Below, piece by piece: positions 1 to 9,906 of a DNA stretch of 64,000 nt (its first letter is position 1; every line of letters starts with the position of its first letter). A program made the translations under genes and the position numbers. Where the stretch lies: IMG/VR virus record IMGVR_UViG_3300035210_000189, positions 32,001-96,000 of that record, one strand, 5' to 3'. This stretch comes from a virus. The notes beneath the pieces were generated by a model. That model worked only from the letters and a program-made list of their open reading frames with translations, had not been told where the DNA came from and ran no database searches.

Positions 1-1080
1 AGCATTGTCGAGTTCAAAAAATATACACCCATCGAAGAACCTGTTGTCATGACAATGGAATTGATGCGGGCTGTCATTGATAAAACAGCGACACCTGAAC
101 AACTTGAATTGGTCAACAAGTTGACAATGCAAACCATTCGTAAAGTTTCAGAAGAAGATGCAACCAATTCTCTTATTTTTAACATTGATGGATTTCGCTA
201 TCATGTTAAACAATCAGTTAAGGACTACACTGTCTATTCAAAATATAAAGCTCCCGATTTTTCTGCACTTCCAGATAAATTTAAAGAGCCTCTTATTTAT
301 GATGTTGATCTTATTCATGAGCGTTTCGTTGAATTGACTAGCCTTTATCCACAACAATCGTTTATTACCTTTACGAACAAAGATCGTTATAGTTCTAATG
401 AGTTTAGTGAGTATGGCATTGCTCGCCTAAGCACTTACTATCCAGTTGCGTATGTTTCCAAAGACCTTCTTGATCTGTGTGATAAATTTCCAGAAGCTTT
501 TAATGAAGAACAGCTTTCATTTATTGATGAGAACAAAAAAAGTAGTTTTCAGAAAGTAGAACGTTCCCAAAAAACACTGGAAGATGCTTTTAATGCATGG
601 AAAAACTTGCTTCGCAAAAAGAAGGCTACTGCTGATAAACAGTTCGCTTTTAATGATTCTGACAACTATGCGTATCTTGAAGAAACAGAAACTCACCTGC
701 TGATGTCACAGCGTAGCCAGAACACTTTGTATGCTTATGTCTTTGAGAAAGCCACTGGGCGTTATAAAGTTTGGAAAGCCGCCCGAGAAGTGAAAGCTGA
801 GCATGATGATTTCTACTATTCTGAAATGGTTGAGGATTGTACGAATTATTTGGAAATGGCTCAGTATTATATTGGTTGTTCCTATGGGCCAACCAGCTAT
901 CCAGTGATGATTGATCATAAAGGTTATGATAAGTCGGCTCTCTATTACCTTCATCACTTTGAAGATGATAATGGCTTGGTTTATGATTCATTGCGTGGTT
1001 TTAACCTGCAATCTAATGACGCTGGCAATCTTCTTAGTGATTTTGACCTGTTGCTGACTGTCATTCATCATTATAACTAA
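1..1080 (+). CDS. hypothetical protein, 5' partial (frame open from base 1)
   Basis: 343+ aa ORF; no stop between base 1 and the ATG at 49; no recognisable motif. Confidence 0.8.
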   Translation, partial: SIVEFKKYTPIEEPVVMTMELMRAVIDKTATPEQLELVNKLTMQTIRKVSEEDATNSLIFNIDGFRYHVKQSVKDYTVYSKYKAPDFSALPDKFKEPLIYDVDLIHERFVELTSLYPQQSFITFTNKDRYSSNEFSEYGIARLSTYYPVAYVSKDLLDLCDKFPEAFNEEQLSFIDENKKSSFQKVERSQKTLEDAFNAWKNLLRKKKATADKQFAFNDSDNYAYLEETETHLLMSQRSQNTLYAYVFEKATGRYKVWKAAREVKAEHDDFYYSEMVEDCTNYLEMAQYYIGCSYGPTSYPVMIDHKGYDKSALYYLHHFEDDNGLVYDSLRGFNLQSNDAGNLLSDFDLLLTVIHHYN

Positions 1081-1097
1081 TATATTTTGAAGATAAC

Positions 1098-1121
1098 AAA
1101 AAAGCCCGTGAGGGCTTTTTT
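1098..1121. terminator. bidirectional intrinsic terminator
   Basis: AAAAAAGCCC-GTGA-GGGCTTTTTT between convergent genes. Confidence 0.85.
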
Positions 1122-2628
1122 ACTTATAAGGTAAGCATATATAGGCTGAAACGTCCCATTGTGTGTATTGGAAGGCTTGTCCACTTAGGAAGCCAAAAGA
1201 TCCCGCTTCACAAGAACAATTACCCGTATAAGGGTTTGCCACTCTGCAACCACCACCAAAGGTATTTAACCAATAAGCTCCACCTACTGTTGGTGAACCA
1301 CTTGGTTTCCATTGATAACCTTGGCAAGAGAATATTTTACCCGTGCTATCGGTACCAATTAAACCTATTTTTGCACAAGAACCGTTGCTGACAACTTTCT
1401 TTGTTGAATCGAAAAATTCGTTCGTTGTAATTCTTGAGTCAACTGTCAAATCACCTACCATATGGCTTTTTCCACCCACATCTAAGCTATTTTTAACCTT
1501 AATATCAGTTGTCGTCGTCAAGCCAGCAACATCTAAATCTTTTTTAACGTTTAAGAAGTTAGTATTGATTTGTTCAGATACGACATCGGTTGCATAAATA
1601 TTTCTAATGGTTCCATTATCTGCAGTGATTCCATTGGTGAGTTGATAAATGGTATTGGTACCGTCTAATTTTACCATTCCACATGGAGCTTTTTCACCAC
1701 TGTCTACTATTTGAGCACCATTATATTTGTAAACAATACACAACTTGTCTAAGAGTATTTCTTTTTGTGTTGTATAGTCTACTGCTACGTCTACCGTCAC
1801 TGGATAGCCAGTTTCTTTATGAATACCTACACCACAATCTACTACTCTTGATTCCCATTTAGCTGCATCGTCTACTTTAACCCACTTTACACATTGTTTG
1901 TTAGCTGATGTTCTTGTGTCTTTAAAGGTGACTGCAGATCCAACCATTGAGTTTTTTCCATCAATTCTTAAAAATTCAGCTCCACCACTTCTGTAGTATT
2001 CCGCAATGATTACACAGGCTGAACCTAACGTATAACATTTTGTTGAAGTAATCTTAGTATCAGGAGCAGCAGCATCCGCAAAATAAAAATTGTTAGATCC
2101 TGTTGTGCCTTCTTTGTTATTGTGTCTGGCTGACATTAACATCTTGTTAAGGTAGGGAAAGAGTTCTTTGAAACTGGCATCATTATCAAGTTTTAACATC
2201 ATTCTGAATGAGTTAACAAATCCTTCTGAATCAGTGCCTATTACCGCTTCTGGCTTGAAGCTGTACGGTATTCTTGCCCACAATCCACAGTCGATTAATT
2301 TAGCATCTTTTTCAGTGGCTAATTGTGGAACCCACCCGGAACCCTTACCACAATTGGCTGTTCTTGATATTAACTCTTTGGTTAATAAATCTTGTATGTT
2401 TGAATTATTCCATGTTGTACCATTTTTGAAGTTTGAGACATCTAAACCATCTATGCTTAGTCTTTTATCAAAGCCTTCTACAATTGATGATAATTCTTTG
2501 CCATATTGAACTGCGAATTGGTTTCTTTGTGCTTCCATCATCCAGTAAAAGATTCCTGTCACTATGACTAGGAGTATCGAAAGAGTCATTAACGTTTCAA
2601 ACAATGAAAGTCCTTTATTTTTTCTCAT
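1120..2628 (-). CDS. PilV-like type IV pilus minor pilin/adhesin (shufflon PilV family-like)
   Basis: Class III signal peptide MRKNKG|LSLFETLMTLSILLVIV; PilV-type segment CAKIGLIGTDSTGKIFSCQGYQWK followed by a Cys-rich tip (CRVANPYTGNCSC). Start moved to ATG 2628. Confidence 0.75.
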   Translation of the reverse strand: MRKNKGLSLFETLMTLSILLVIVTGIFYWMMEAQRNQFAVQYGKELSSIVEGFDKRLSIDGLDVSNFKNGTTWNNSNIQDLLTKELISRTANCGKGSGWVPQLATEKDAKLIDCGLWARIPYSFKPEAVIGTDSEGFVNSFRMMLKLDNDASFKELFPYLNKMLMSARHNNKEGTTGSNNFYFADAAAPDTKITSTKCYTLGSACVIIAEYYRSGGAEFLRIDGKNSMVGSAVTFKDTRTSANKQCVKWVKVDDAAKWESRVVDCGVGIHKETGYPVTVDVAVDYTTQKEILLDKLCIVYKYNGAQIVDSGEKAPCGMVKLDGTNTIYQLTNGITADNGTIRNIYATDVVSEQINTNFLNVKKDLDVAGLTTTTDIKVKNSLDVGGKSHMVGDLTVDSRITTNEFFDSTKKVVSNGSCAKIGLIGTDSTGKIFSCQGYQWKPSGSPTVGGAYWLNTFGGGCRVANPYTGNCSCEAGSFGFLSGQAFQYTQWDVSAYICLPYK

Positions 2629-2858
2629 ATTAAAATCCATTATTGTTATTTTCAATATTAAAATATTGATCTTATCTTTTAAATATAACATACAATAATA
2701 GATAATAAAGATTGTATTAGATTTTTTATTTTGGTTCTTTTTAGTGGTTATATTTAGACATTTACATATGATGATATTTCGTTTTTTTATTCATTAAAAT
2801 ATAGACAATTCTTCAATAAAATGCTATCATAATCCTTTAATTTCTAGGAATTTTACAC

Positions 2859-3290
2859 ATGTCAAACGTCTATAATGGTGGCATTTATACATTCTCTTTT
2901 ACATTGAGTGGTTCATTATCAATTGAAAATATTTCAGATTCTTTTTTTAAGAAACTTCATTCAAGCGACGACTTGAAGTCATTGCTCACAGACCATCAGT
3001 ATTCAGTTTATGAAACGATTCTTCTGTTTAAAGAGCATGAGGAAGAAGGCTATAACTATAAGACGATTGACGGACTAGAACGCATTGTTGATAATGAAGA
3101 CGGCGAATTCTCCATTGGTTTTGCATGCTCCAGACGATTCACAACCGATGAATTAAAAGATCTTTATGTTCATGTTGTTATCCCTATTATGATTGCTTCT
3201 GATGTCGCCTGTACGCCTACTGGTGGGTTTTCAGAGCACCATGAAGTTATTGAACGAACGTATCAAAATCATACGATTTCATTCTCTTAA
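2859..3290 (+). CDS. hypothetical protein
   Basis: 143 aa ORF with AGGA RBS. Confidence 0.75.
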   Translation: MSNVYNGGIYTFSFTLSGSLSIENISDSFFKKLHSSDDLKSLLTDHQYSVYETILLFKEHEEEGYNYKTIDGLERIVDNEDGEFSIGFACSRRFTTDELKDLYVHVVIPIMIASDVACTPTGGFSEHHEVIERTYQNHTISFS

Positions 3291-3349
3291 ACTGTTGAAT
3301 CTCCTAAATTTTGATGGTATAATTACCCCATATTTAGGAGACATCTTTT

Positions 3350-3592
3350 TTGAAATCTTCATATCAAAATCCTAGCTTTTTATTGCTTAAAGCACCTTAT
3401 TCTCTTTTCACTAAGATATCAGGTGCTTGCTATAGTAAAAAAACACTAATTTTGGGAACTTATCGTATTGTTGATGATAAAATCACGTATACTGATATTG
3501 AAAAGGGTGTCGTACACAGGTTGTTTGGGTTTCCTGTTTTAGCCCATGCTGGAAAGCTTACTGATGAGGATTGGAAGCTTATTATCTCTTAA
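3350..3592 (+). CDS. hypothetical protein
   Basis: 80 aa ORF, TTG start after AGGAG, upstream TATAAT. Confidence 0.5.
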   Translation: MKSSYQNPSFLLLKAPYSLFTKISGACYSKKTLILGTYRIVDDKITYTDIEKGVVHRLFGFPVLAHAGKLTDEDWKLIIS

Positions 3593-3931
3593 CATTTTTA
3601 GGTATCAACCATTGGCTCATTTTATCAAAAATTATTTAATGCTCATTGAATCCCATGCTGGGATTTTTTTTATTGCCTTCTTCCTCTGTCTTGCAGTCTT
3701 TTACAATTTGCCTGAAAAAAGTGTATTGATGTTCTTCGGCGTCTTTAGTATACCGTTCGTCGTCATTCCATTTTTTTTCAAAATTCTATTGTTTTTCTTC
3801 GAAAAAAACGAGTTTAAATAGTTGATTTTTATGTTGTTTTTTAGACCTTAAAAAATATTGAAAAAAGATTAAAAAAGTTTGTAAGTTGTTGATTTATAAG
3901 GATTTAAAATCTTATTTATTTTTAGAAAAAT

Positions 3932-3960
3932 TTGCTTTTTTGTTATTTTCTTGGTATAAT
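3932..3960 (+). promoter_or_regulatory. sigma70-type promoter (representative of many in the window)
   Basis: TTGCTT-N17-TATAAT with extended TG, AT-rich upstream region. Confidence 0.75.
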
Positions 3961-3986
3961 ACTCACACACAAACAGGAGAGCAAAT

Positions 3987-4196
3987 ATGACTATCAAAAT
4001 GAATACTGTAGAATCCAGCTCAATTTTTCAAGTTGGCTATCGTCGTCGCACTCTGCAAGTTCAGTTCAATTCCGGTCGTCTTTATGAGTTCCGTAAGGTG
4101 CCGCGTGCAACGTATGACCAACTTTTGAAGTCTCCATCGAAAGGTGAATTCTTCAACCGTGAAATCAAAGGTTCTTATGTAGAAACTGAGATTTAA
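3987..4196 (+). CDS. KTSC domain protein
   Basis: VESSSIFQVGY...LQVQFNSGRLYEF..VP...Y..LL.SPSKGEFFN.EIKG matches the KTSC consensus. Confidence 0.9.
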   Translation: MTIKMNTVESSSIFQVGYRRRTLQVQFNSGRLYEFRKVPRATYDQLLKSPSKGEFFNREIKGSYVETEI

Positions 4197-4290
4197 GGAG
4201 GGTTTATCAAAGGGCACTTCGGTGCCTTTTGTTATTATTGTAAATTTTAAAAATCATGCTATAATAGCTCAAATTTCGTAGGAGACTACC

Positions 4291-4617
4291 ATGTCCAATT
4301 CCAGTCCTTGTGTTGAATGTCCGTTCAAGCAATCTATTCCCGGTGATTGCCATGTGGCATGTGGTCATCCTGTGGCTAATGGGGAGCGTCAAATGATGCT
4401 TTTAATGATGGTGATGGCAGGTCAGTTAAGCACCATTGAAAAAGCTCTTGGTCTTACAATTAATCCACATGGGGCAGCTTCTGGTTGGGCTAACTTCCCC
4501 GTCAATTACGATCCAATCTGGGTGACTGGCACTTGTTCAATGCTGGAAAACTACAAGACGGCTTTGGCACTTCATCAAGAAAAACAAGCCGCAGAGCTTA
4601 TCCATAAAGAAGTGTGA
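4291..4617 (+). CDS. Cys/His-rich hypothetical protein (possible Zn binding)
   Basis: CVECPF..IPGDCHVAC; GWANFPVNYDPIW; AGGAG RBS. Confidence 0.75.
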   Translation: MSNSSPCVECPFKQSIPGDCHVACGHPVANGERQMMLLMMVMAGQLSTIEKALGLTINPHGAASGWANFPVNYDPIWVTGTCSMLENYKTALALHQEKQAAELIHKEV

Positions 4618-4713
4618 ATGCTTATTACTACACCGTTAACAATTAAAGACTTGAGCGATCAGGTCTTTTTTGTTATAATGCGACTATCCAATTCCTATAA
4701 CGGCTTATTGACA

Positions 4714-5172
4714 ATGAATGATGGTATTACTCACAAAGAACGACTTCATATTGAGAAGGTCGTAAACTTTGCTAAACATATTGATGACAATGGTTTTCAG
4801 CACAAAGTGGCTGCAGCGATTGTTTATAAAAATAAAATCATCAGTCTTGAACACAATGTCGATAAAAGCCATACCTTTCAAAAGCGTTTTGCTAAAAACG
4901 AACATGCCATTTTCTTTCATGCCGAAACCAGTGCTATTCATAAAGCATTAAAAATCATCGGTGCGGATAAGCTCAGCAAAGCTACGCTGCTGGTGGTTAG
5001 GTTGTCTTCGGTTAAGAGTAAGTATCGTCAACGACTGTTGCACCACACCTTAGCTACTAGCAAGCCTTGTGAGGGCTGTTCGTCGTGTATTAACCATTAT
5101 GGCATCAAGAAGGTTATTCACAGTGTTATCAATGGTTTTGAAGTGTACAATAAGTTAGAAATGGTTGCTTAA
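4714..5172 (+). CDS. zinc-dependent cytidine/deoxycytidylate-deaminase-family protein
   Basis: HAE and PCEGC motifs, KVAAAIV strand; start placed downstream of the TTGAGC..TATAAT promoter. Confidence 0.8.
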   Translation: MNDGITHKERLHIEKVVNFAKHIDDNGFQHKVAAAIVYKNKIISLEHNVDKSHTFQKRFAKNEHAIFFHAETSAIHKALKIIGADKLSKATLLVVRLSSVKSKYRQRLLHHTLATSKPCEGCSSCINHYGIKKVIHSVINGFEVYNKLEMVA

Positions 5173-5224
5173 ATAAAACTATTGTGTTATTATAATGTCT
5201 CAAAAATAAACTAGGAGTTCTGCA

Positions 5225-5815
5225 ATGAAGCGAATTATGTTTACCCTCATGTTGTTCCTCAGTATGAGTTTTGCAGCTTATGGAGCACCATCTAATACGG
5301 GTTGTAATATCTCAACCGATGGTCTTTCACCCGAAGTTGTAAAACAAATGATGGATCTTTGTGTAAAAGACAAAGAGAAACAAGCATCAATCACTGGGGT
5401 AGCGTCTGAAAATATCAAGAACCTTGGCGAGTTTGCTGCTGTCTCCAAAGCGTTTGCAAGTTCTCTTGGTGTTGCAGCTAATGAACTGGGTGTGGCCGTA
5501 AATACCTTTTTGGCTTCGCCTGCAGGTATGTTAACGGCTGGTGTGATTATTTGGAAAGTGTTTGCCATGAATATTCTTGGTCTTTTATTCATTCTCGTTA
5601 CTATTGGTATTTGGATTTTCATGTTGCGTGCTGTTATGACAGAAAAATTTGAAACTAAAATGGTTGAAGGTTGGGGTAAAACACAAAAAGAAAAACGCAC
5701 TCGTGTTTACATTGATTTTGGTGACCTCTCTGGTGAACGTGTAGGATCTCTCTTTGTTGTAAACGCTGTCCCAATTATCTTAATCATTATTATTGTGGCT
5801 AACATGATGCACTAA
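5225..5815 (+). CDS. membrane protein with signal peptide
   Basis: N-terminal signal and C-terminal hydrophobic helices. Confidence 0.8.
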   Translation: MKRIMFTLMLFLSMSFAAYGAPSNTGCNISTDGLSPEVVKQMMDLCVKDKEKQASITGVASENIKNLGEFAAVSKAFASSLGVAANELGVAVNTFLASPAGMLTAGVIIWKVFAMNILGLLFILVTIGIWIFMLRAVMTEKFETKMVEGWGKTQKEKRTRVYIDFGDLSGERVGSLFVVNAVPIILIIIIVANMMH

Positions 5816-5850
5816 TGATTTAATGATGAAAAGGCACTTAGGTGCCTTTT

Positions 5851-6321
5851 TTAGTTTTGCGTTTTATTATTTTTGATTACGGTAAATCCTAATTTCACTT
5901 CTTTTTTAATACCTTGTGCCCTTTCAGCTAAAACAGCATTTACGTCAGCCAAATCATAATTAATTTCATGAATTACAATTCTTGTAGGGTTTAATTTTGC
6001 TCTTTTTTCTGCTGTATACTCAATTTTTTCAGATTCACTCATTTTAGCCATTTTGTCATATTCTTCATCAACTAATCGTTGGACAGAATTAACAACCATA
6101 TCATCAAAAGATTTTTTTGGTTGAGTTGGTTGAGCTTCTGATAAACTCATGTTTATCATGAGTGCAGTAGGAAGTGCAAGCCCAGCTATCAAGAGTTTAT
6201 GGTTAGCACAAAAACTTTTGAAACTTTGAAAAATCCCTTTTGTATTTTCAAACTTATCGGATTGATTAAGATTCTTATAAAATTCTTCTTTGAGTTCTTT
6301 TATCTCTGAGATCTTGGACAT
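5851..6321 (-). CDS. hypothetical protein, single TM
   Basis: 156 aa ORF, GGAG RBS. Confidence 0.7.
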   Translation of the reverse strand: MSKISEIKELKEEFYKNLNQSDKFENTKGIFQSFKSFCANHKLLIAGLALPTALMINMSLSEAQPTQPKKSFDDMVVNSVQRLVDEEYDKMAKMSESEKIEYTAEKRAKLNPTRIVIHEINYDLADVNAVLAERAQGIKKEVKLGFTVIKNNKTQN

Positions 6322-6482
6322 AATTTATCTCCATCATGAGTGTTATTTTTTACATTTTAACATATTAAAATAATAATTATAGAGTTCACCTTTAAAATTT
6401 GGTCGCACAAAGAATAAAAACATTGCTTGTTTATAGATTATTTGCTATAATTTAAGCCTATTAATTCAGTGAGAAAATAATT

Positions 6483-6677
6483 ATGTCTTTTTTTGAAGGT
6501 GGTGGTAAATCGCGGATTCATGATGATGTTGCTGATGTTCATAAACGTTTTGATGCGGCTGTTAAATCTGCCAAAACCGACAGTCAGAAGCGTAACCTTG
6601 AAATGGAACGTTCTGCGGCTGTAAGTGCTGTTTGTAAGCGTTATGGTCAATCTGGTCGTGGCGGTTTTCTAGAATAA
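6483..6677 (+). CDS. small hypothetical protein
   Basis: 64 aa ORF downstream of TGCTATAAT. Confidence 0.65.
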   Translation: MSFFEGGGKSRIHDDVADVHKRFDAAVKSAKTDSQKRNLEMERSAAVSAVCKRYGQSGRGGFLE

Positions 6678-6714
6678 TATATTAAATCCGTTCACTTACT
6701 ATAAGGTGCTTAAC

Positions 6715-6912
6715 ATGTCGTATACGTTTGATGAAAAAAACAATGTCTATCTCATTGAAAGTAATCTTGAAGAAAACGATCTTTATGATGTTCTTTTGTC
6801 GATAGCAAAAGAGAATGATCTTATTGAAGCTAACCAAGCATCTGATTCTTCCCATATCAGGTTTATTTTATCAAATAACAGTGTTGATGTTGAGTTTTTA
6901 CCAGAAGAATAA
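6715..6912 (+). CDS. small acidic hypothetical protein
   Basis: ORF with AAGGT RBS. Confidence 0.6.
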   Translation: MSYTFDEKNNVYLIESNLEENDLYDVLLSIAKENDLIEANQASDSSHIRFILSNNSVDVEFLPEE

Positions 6913-6924
6913 ATGGAGATTATT

Positions 6925-7500
6925 ATGCGTAAAATAATGTTTACTTTGTTGGGCTGTTTGTTATTTTCTTCTGCTTTTGGTGAAGAATTTAAAAGCATTC
7001 GAGACTTCACCTATAAAGGTATTAGTTTTTCTTCGTCTATTGATGATTTGAAGGCAAAAGGTTTTTCTTGTGTTGATAAAACTTGTATCATGGGAGATTC
7101 ATTTTTTAAATATACGTCACCGGGATTTTTTTCAACTGAACAATTTGCTCGTAATGGTAAAACAGTGACTTTCCATGAAGGACATCCGCTTAAAATTACT
7201 ATTGATCAACTGTATCCTGATACTGGTGAAGAGTGTAGTGTTATTATTAAAGATATTAAAACTAGATTTAATGATAAATACAAAGCTGATATAACGTTTA
7301 GAACTTATCCTAGTCGTTATGGTTCTGCTACTGATTATGACACGCTGTTAGGATCTGTTAAATTAGGTGAAGATGTTTTGCGAGTTAATTTTTCTTGCAA
7401 TAAGATTCAAAACCCGACAACTTCTGAACGGTTGACATTCATTCACGCTCTTTTTCACTATGAAAACTTAGCATCAAGATTACTTATTGATGATATTTAA
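6925..7500 (+). CDS. secreted/periplasmic hypothetical protein
   Basis: Sec signal MRKIMFTLLGCLLFSSAFG. Confidence 0.75.
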   Translation: MRKIMFTLLGCLLFSSAFGEEFKSIRDFTYKGISFSSSIDDLKAKGFSCVDKTCIMGDSFFKYTSPGFFSTEQFARNGKTVTFHEGHPLKITIDQLYPDTGEECSVIIKDIKTRFNDKYKADITFRTYPSRYGSATDYDTLLGSVKLGEDVLRVNFSCNKIQNPTTSERLTFIHALFHYENLASRLLIDDI

Positions 7501-7570
7501 AAAAGCCTTCGCGGGCTTTTGTTTGTTTGCGTTATACCTGTCATTTAAATTTTAATAATGGAGAATACTT

Positions 7571-7870
7571 ATGACTGTAGATGATTTAAAAAAGTTTTTT
7601 TACGAGTATGGCGAAACTGATGAACCCCATAAATTCGATAGGATTCCAGTGAAATTTAGTAAGCGTGATGATCTTCATGCCTTCATTTTGCTGGATAACA
7701 TTATGCCTGATGGTCACACTATGATTTCAGCCGCTGAACACGATGAAATTTATTTGGATGTTGATATTGAAGAACTGGCAAAAGTAATTACCCAAGAACA
7801 GATTCTGGAATTGGTTCGTTGCGGTGTGTCTTTTGACGGTCATCATGACTGTCTATATATGTTCGTTTAA
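7571..7870 (+). CDS. hypothetical protein
   Basis: 99 aa ORF, GGAG RBS. Confidence 0.75.
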   Translation: MTVDDLKKFFYEYGETDEPHKFDRIPVKFSKRDDLHAFILLDNIMPDGHTMISAAEHDEIYLDVDIEELAKVITQEQILELVRCGVSFDGHHDCLYMFV

Positions 7871-7939
7871 ATATAAGTTGATTAAAAGTGGCTCATTTGG
7901 TATAATGGGCCTTCTTAATTCACAGTAAGGTGTTTTACC

Positions 7940-8374
7940 ATGTCTCTTAAACTGATTACAACTCCTGATACTCTCAAACTTCACCCAACCAGCTATGAGC
8001 GTGGTGTTATGATTGATTGTTTTGATAAGTTGGCACCTACTGATATGGAGCGTAAACAGTACTTGTCAGACGCCGTTGTCAAAAAAATGCGAGATTTTGT
8101 TGAATCGCACTACATTGTTTTCTACTTTGTAGATTCTTACACTTATTCTGTCAAAGACTATAATGACAGTGATGGCGATTACACTCATTCTGACTCTGAA
8201 ACCAACCGTTATCCTGTTCCAATGGAAGAAATGGTTGCTCAATTGACCGAAATGGGCTATAATGATGCCACTAAAATGATAAAGGATGCGGTTATCATAG
8301 ACCACGATATTAACCTTTATTACGGTGAGCGTATCTCACTTCAATCCTATGCCATTAAAGTTGAAGGAATTTAA
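7940..8374 (+). CDS. hypothetical protein (YYG family, related to 8376, 24618, 25108)
   Basis: ORF with promoter; shares D.DG.Y.H and C-terminal YYG motifs with its neighbour. Confidence 0.75.
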   Translation: MSLKLITTPDTLKLHPTSYERGVMIDCFDKLAPTDMERKQYLSDAVVKKMRDFVESHYIVFYFVDSYTYSVKDYNDSDGDYTHSDSETNRYPVPMEEMVAQLTEMGYNDATKMIKDAVIIDHDINLYYGERISLQSYAIKVEGI

Positions 8375-8375
8375 T

Positions 8376-8888
8376 ATGTCTATCCACTACGTTGCAGGGC
8401 ACAATGCTGATCAAGGTGAAGCCTTCGTTTGGCAAATTGAAAATGGTCTTTTGCATGAAGACATCAGTTATATGCTTAAAGAAATTTTCCCTGAGCTTCG
8501 TTCTATGCTGGATTATGCACCAGAGGACGCCTACAACGCAGAAGTTCATGTGGCTAACAAGATTAAATTTCACGATAAAATTGTGGAAGACTACTTGTTG
8601 ATTTATTACCCAGTCATTGAGACGGCTCCTGTCGATTCTTATCGGGATGAAGGTGGTGGTTATTGCCATAAGTCTACCACTGACGTAGACATTGAGGTTC
8701 CACTTTACGAGATTCGTGAACTCATTCGTGAACACTATCCACAAGTAGAAAATGTTGAGGCTTTTGTTGACAACATGCTTAAAATTCATGCGAATGACAC
8801 TTATTGGCATAATGACTATTATGGCAGTAGTGTGACTTACGCTTACATTAAAATCAAAAAAGATGCTGACCTTAGTCGCTATCTTTAA
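8376..8888 (+). CDS. hypothetical protein (YYG family)
   Basis: DYYGSSVTYAYI motif; AAGGA RBS before ATG 8376. Confidence 0.75.
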   Translation: MSIHYVAGHNADQGEAFVWQIENGLLHEDISYMLKEIFPELRSMLDYAPEDAYNAEVHVANKIKFHDKIVEDYLLIYYPVIETAPVDSYRDEGGGYCHKSTTDVDIEVPLYEIRELIREHYPQVENVEAFVDNMLKIHANDTYWHNDYYGSSVTYAYIKIKKDADLSRYL

Positions 8889-8905
8889 TCTATAAGGAAA
8901 CTGTT

Positions 8906-9208
8906 ATGAGCCGTATGACTGTTCGTTTTGACCGCGTATTTAATAAGAAAGGCAACTTTAACCTTAAAGAGTTTGGAATCGAATATTTTGACCCTTATCG
9001 TAGCAGTGATAATGAAAATCATGTTGAGTTGTTTGAACTCTTGTTTGATAGCAATGGTAACGTGCTTGATGAAGTTCGTCGTGAACTTGAAAGTTACATC
9101 AAGTTGAAAAACTTTCCAGCCTTATCCGATGCAGTCAAACTGTATTATGCTGGTATCCACGGTAGCAACACCAAAGGCTCTTATCCAGCGATTTATATGT
9201 ATCGTTAA
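8906..9208 (+). CDS. hypothetical protein, paralog of 54578..54904
   Basis: Shared F..(V/I)FN..GNF, DP, LFD..GN, L.DAV.LY.A motifs. Confidence 0.75.
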   Translation: MSRMTVRFDRVFNKKGNFNLKEFGIEYFDPYRSSDNENHVELFELLFDSNGNVLDEVRRELESYIKLKNFPALSDAVKLYYAGIHGSNTKGSYPAIYMYR

Positions 9209-9315
9209 TTAAAAAAAATTTCAAAAATAAATTTAAAAATGTTAAAAAAGTAGTTGTTTTAAAATAAAAACGTTGATATAATAACCCCACACTAACTAAA
9301 TAAGGAAACACAATC

Positions 9316-9441
9316 ATGGCAACAGTAAATTCAGCAAAAAAAGAACAAGAAATCGAACAAGCCTACGCACAGGTTGCTGAAACCAAGCGTCGTCAAGAAG
9401 AAAAAATGTGGTCGCAACACGAAAAAGCACGCAAGCGTTAA
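9316..9441 (+). CDS. 41 aa small protein (not in ORF track)
   Basis: MATVNSAKKEQEIEQAYAQVAETKRRQEEKMWSQHEKARKR; TAAGGA RBS and upstream TATAAT. Confidence 0.6.
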   Translation: MATVNSAKKEQEIEQAYAQVAETKRRQEEKMWSQHEKARKR

Positions 9442-9469
9442 TTCCCTTCATTTTCCAAAAGGATTTACA

Positions 9470-9805
9470 ATGTTACGTGTTAATTCAGTAATTGAGTTCG
9501 ACAGCCTAAATGACCCACCAGAAGGGTTCTATGCTTCTGCAATGGGTTGGTATTTTCATGGTGAGCTTCAAGATATGGTAGGCTTTGATATTCCATCCGC
9601 TTCTGTTGACTTAATGGAAGTTCCCGATGGTATCTATGCTGGCTCTTACAAAGGGCTGGATTGCACCTTCTTCAACTGGTCTTATGTTGATGAAGATACC
9701 TACAGTAAGCAGCGTCGGCATCGTGGTTTTATTGTCCTTAATTCGGATAAAACAGCTTATGAATTTGCTCAGTTATCTTATGATGCAAAACGTAGATATC
9801 TTTAA
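9470..9805 (+). CDS. hypothetical protein
   Basis: AAGGA RBS before ATG 9470; terminator downstream. Confidence 0.7.
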   Translation: MLRVNSVIEFDSLNDPPEGFYASAMGWYFHGELQDMVGFDIPSASVDLMEVPDGIYAGSYKGLDCTFFNWSYVDEDTYSKQRRHRGFIVLNSDKTAYEFAQLSYDAKRRYL

Positions 9806-9906
9806 TCGTTAAATAACAATGAAAAAGGTCAAGTTCGCTTGATCTTTTTTTTGCCTTTATTTTCTTGTCATGTTATACTAAACCATTACTTATTCGGAGT
9901 GTCACC

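Noticed and set aside
1300-1335. Shufflon sfx recombination site and invertible segments at the PilV SCQ..W junction
   Set aside because: Only partial resemblance (TGCCAA...TGG); no repeated copies, alternative C-terminal cassettes or Rci recombinase in the window.
3882-3900. TGTTGATTTATAAG shared with 29555-29568 as a recombination or regulatory site
   Set aside because: A single 14-bp match in very AT-rich DNA; cannot be distinguished from chance without a statistical test.
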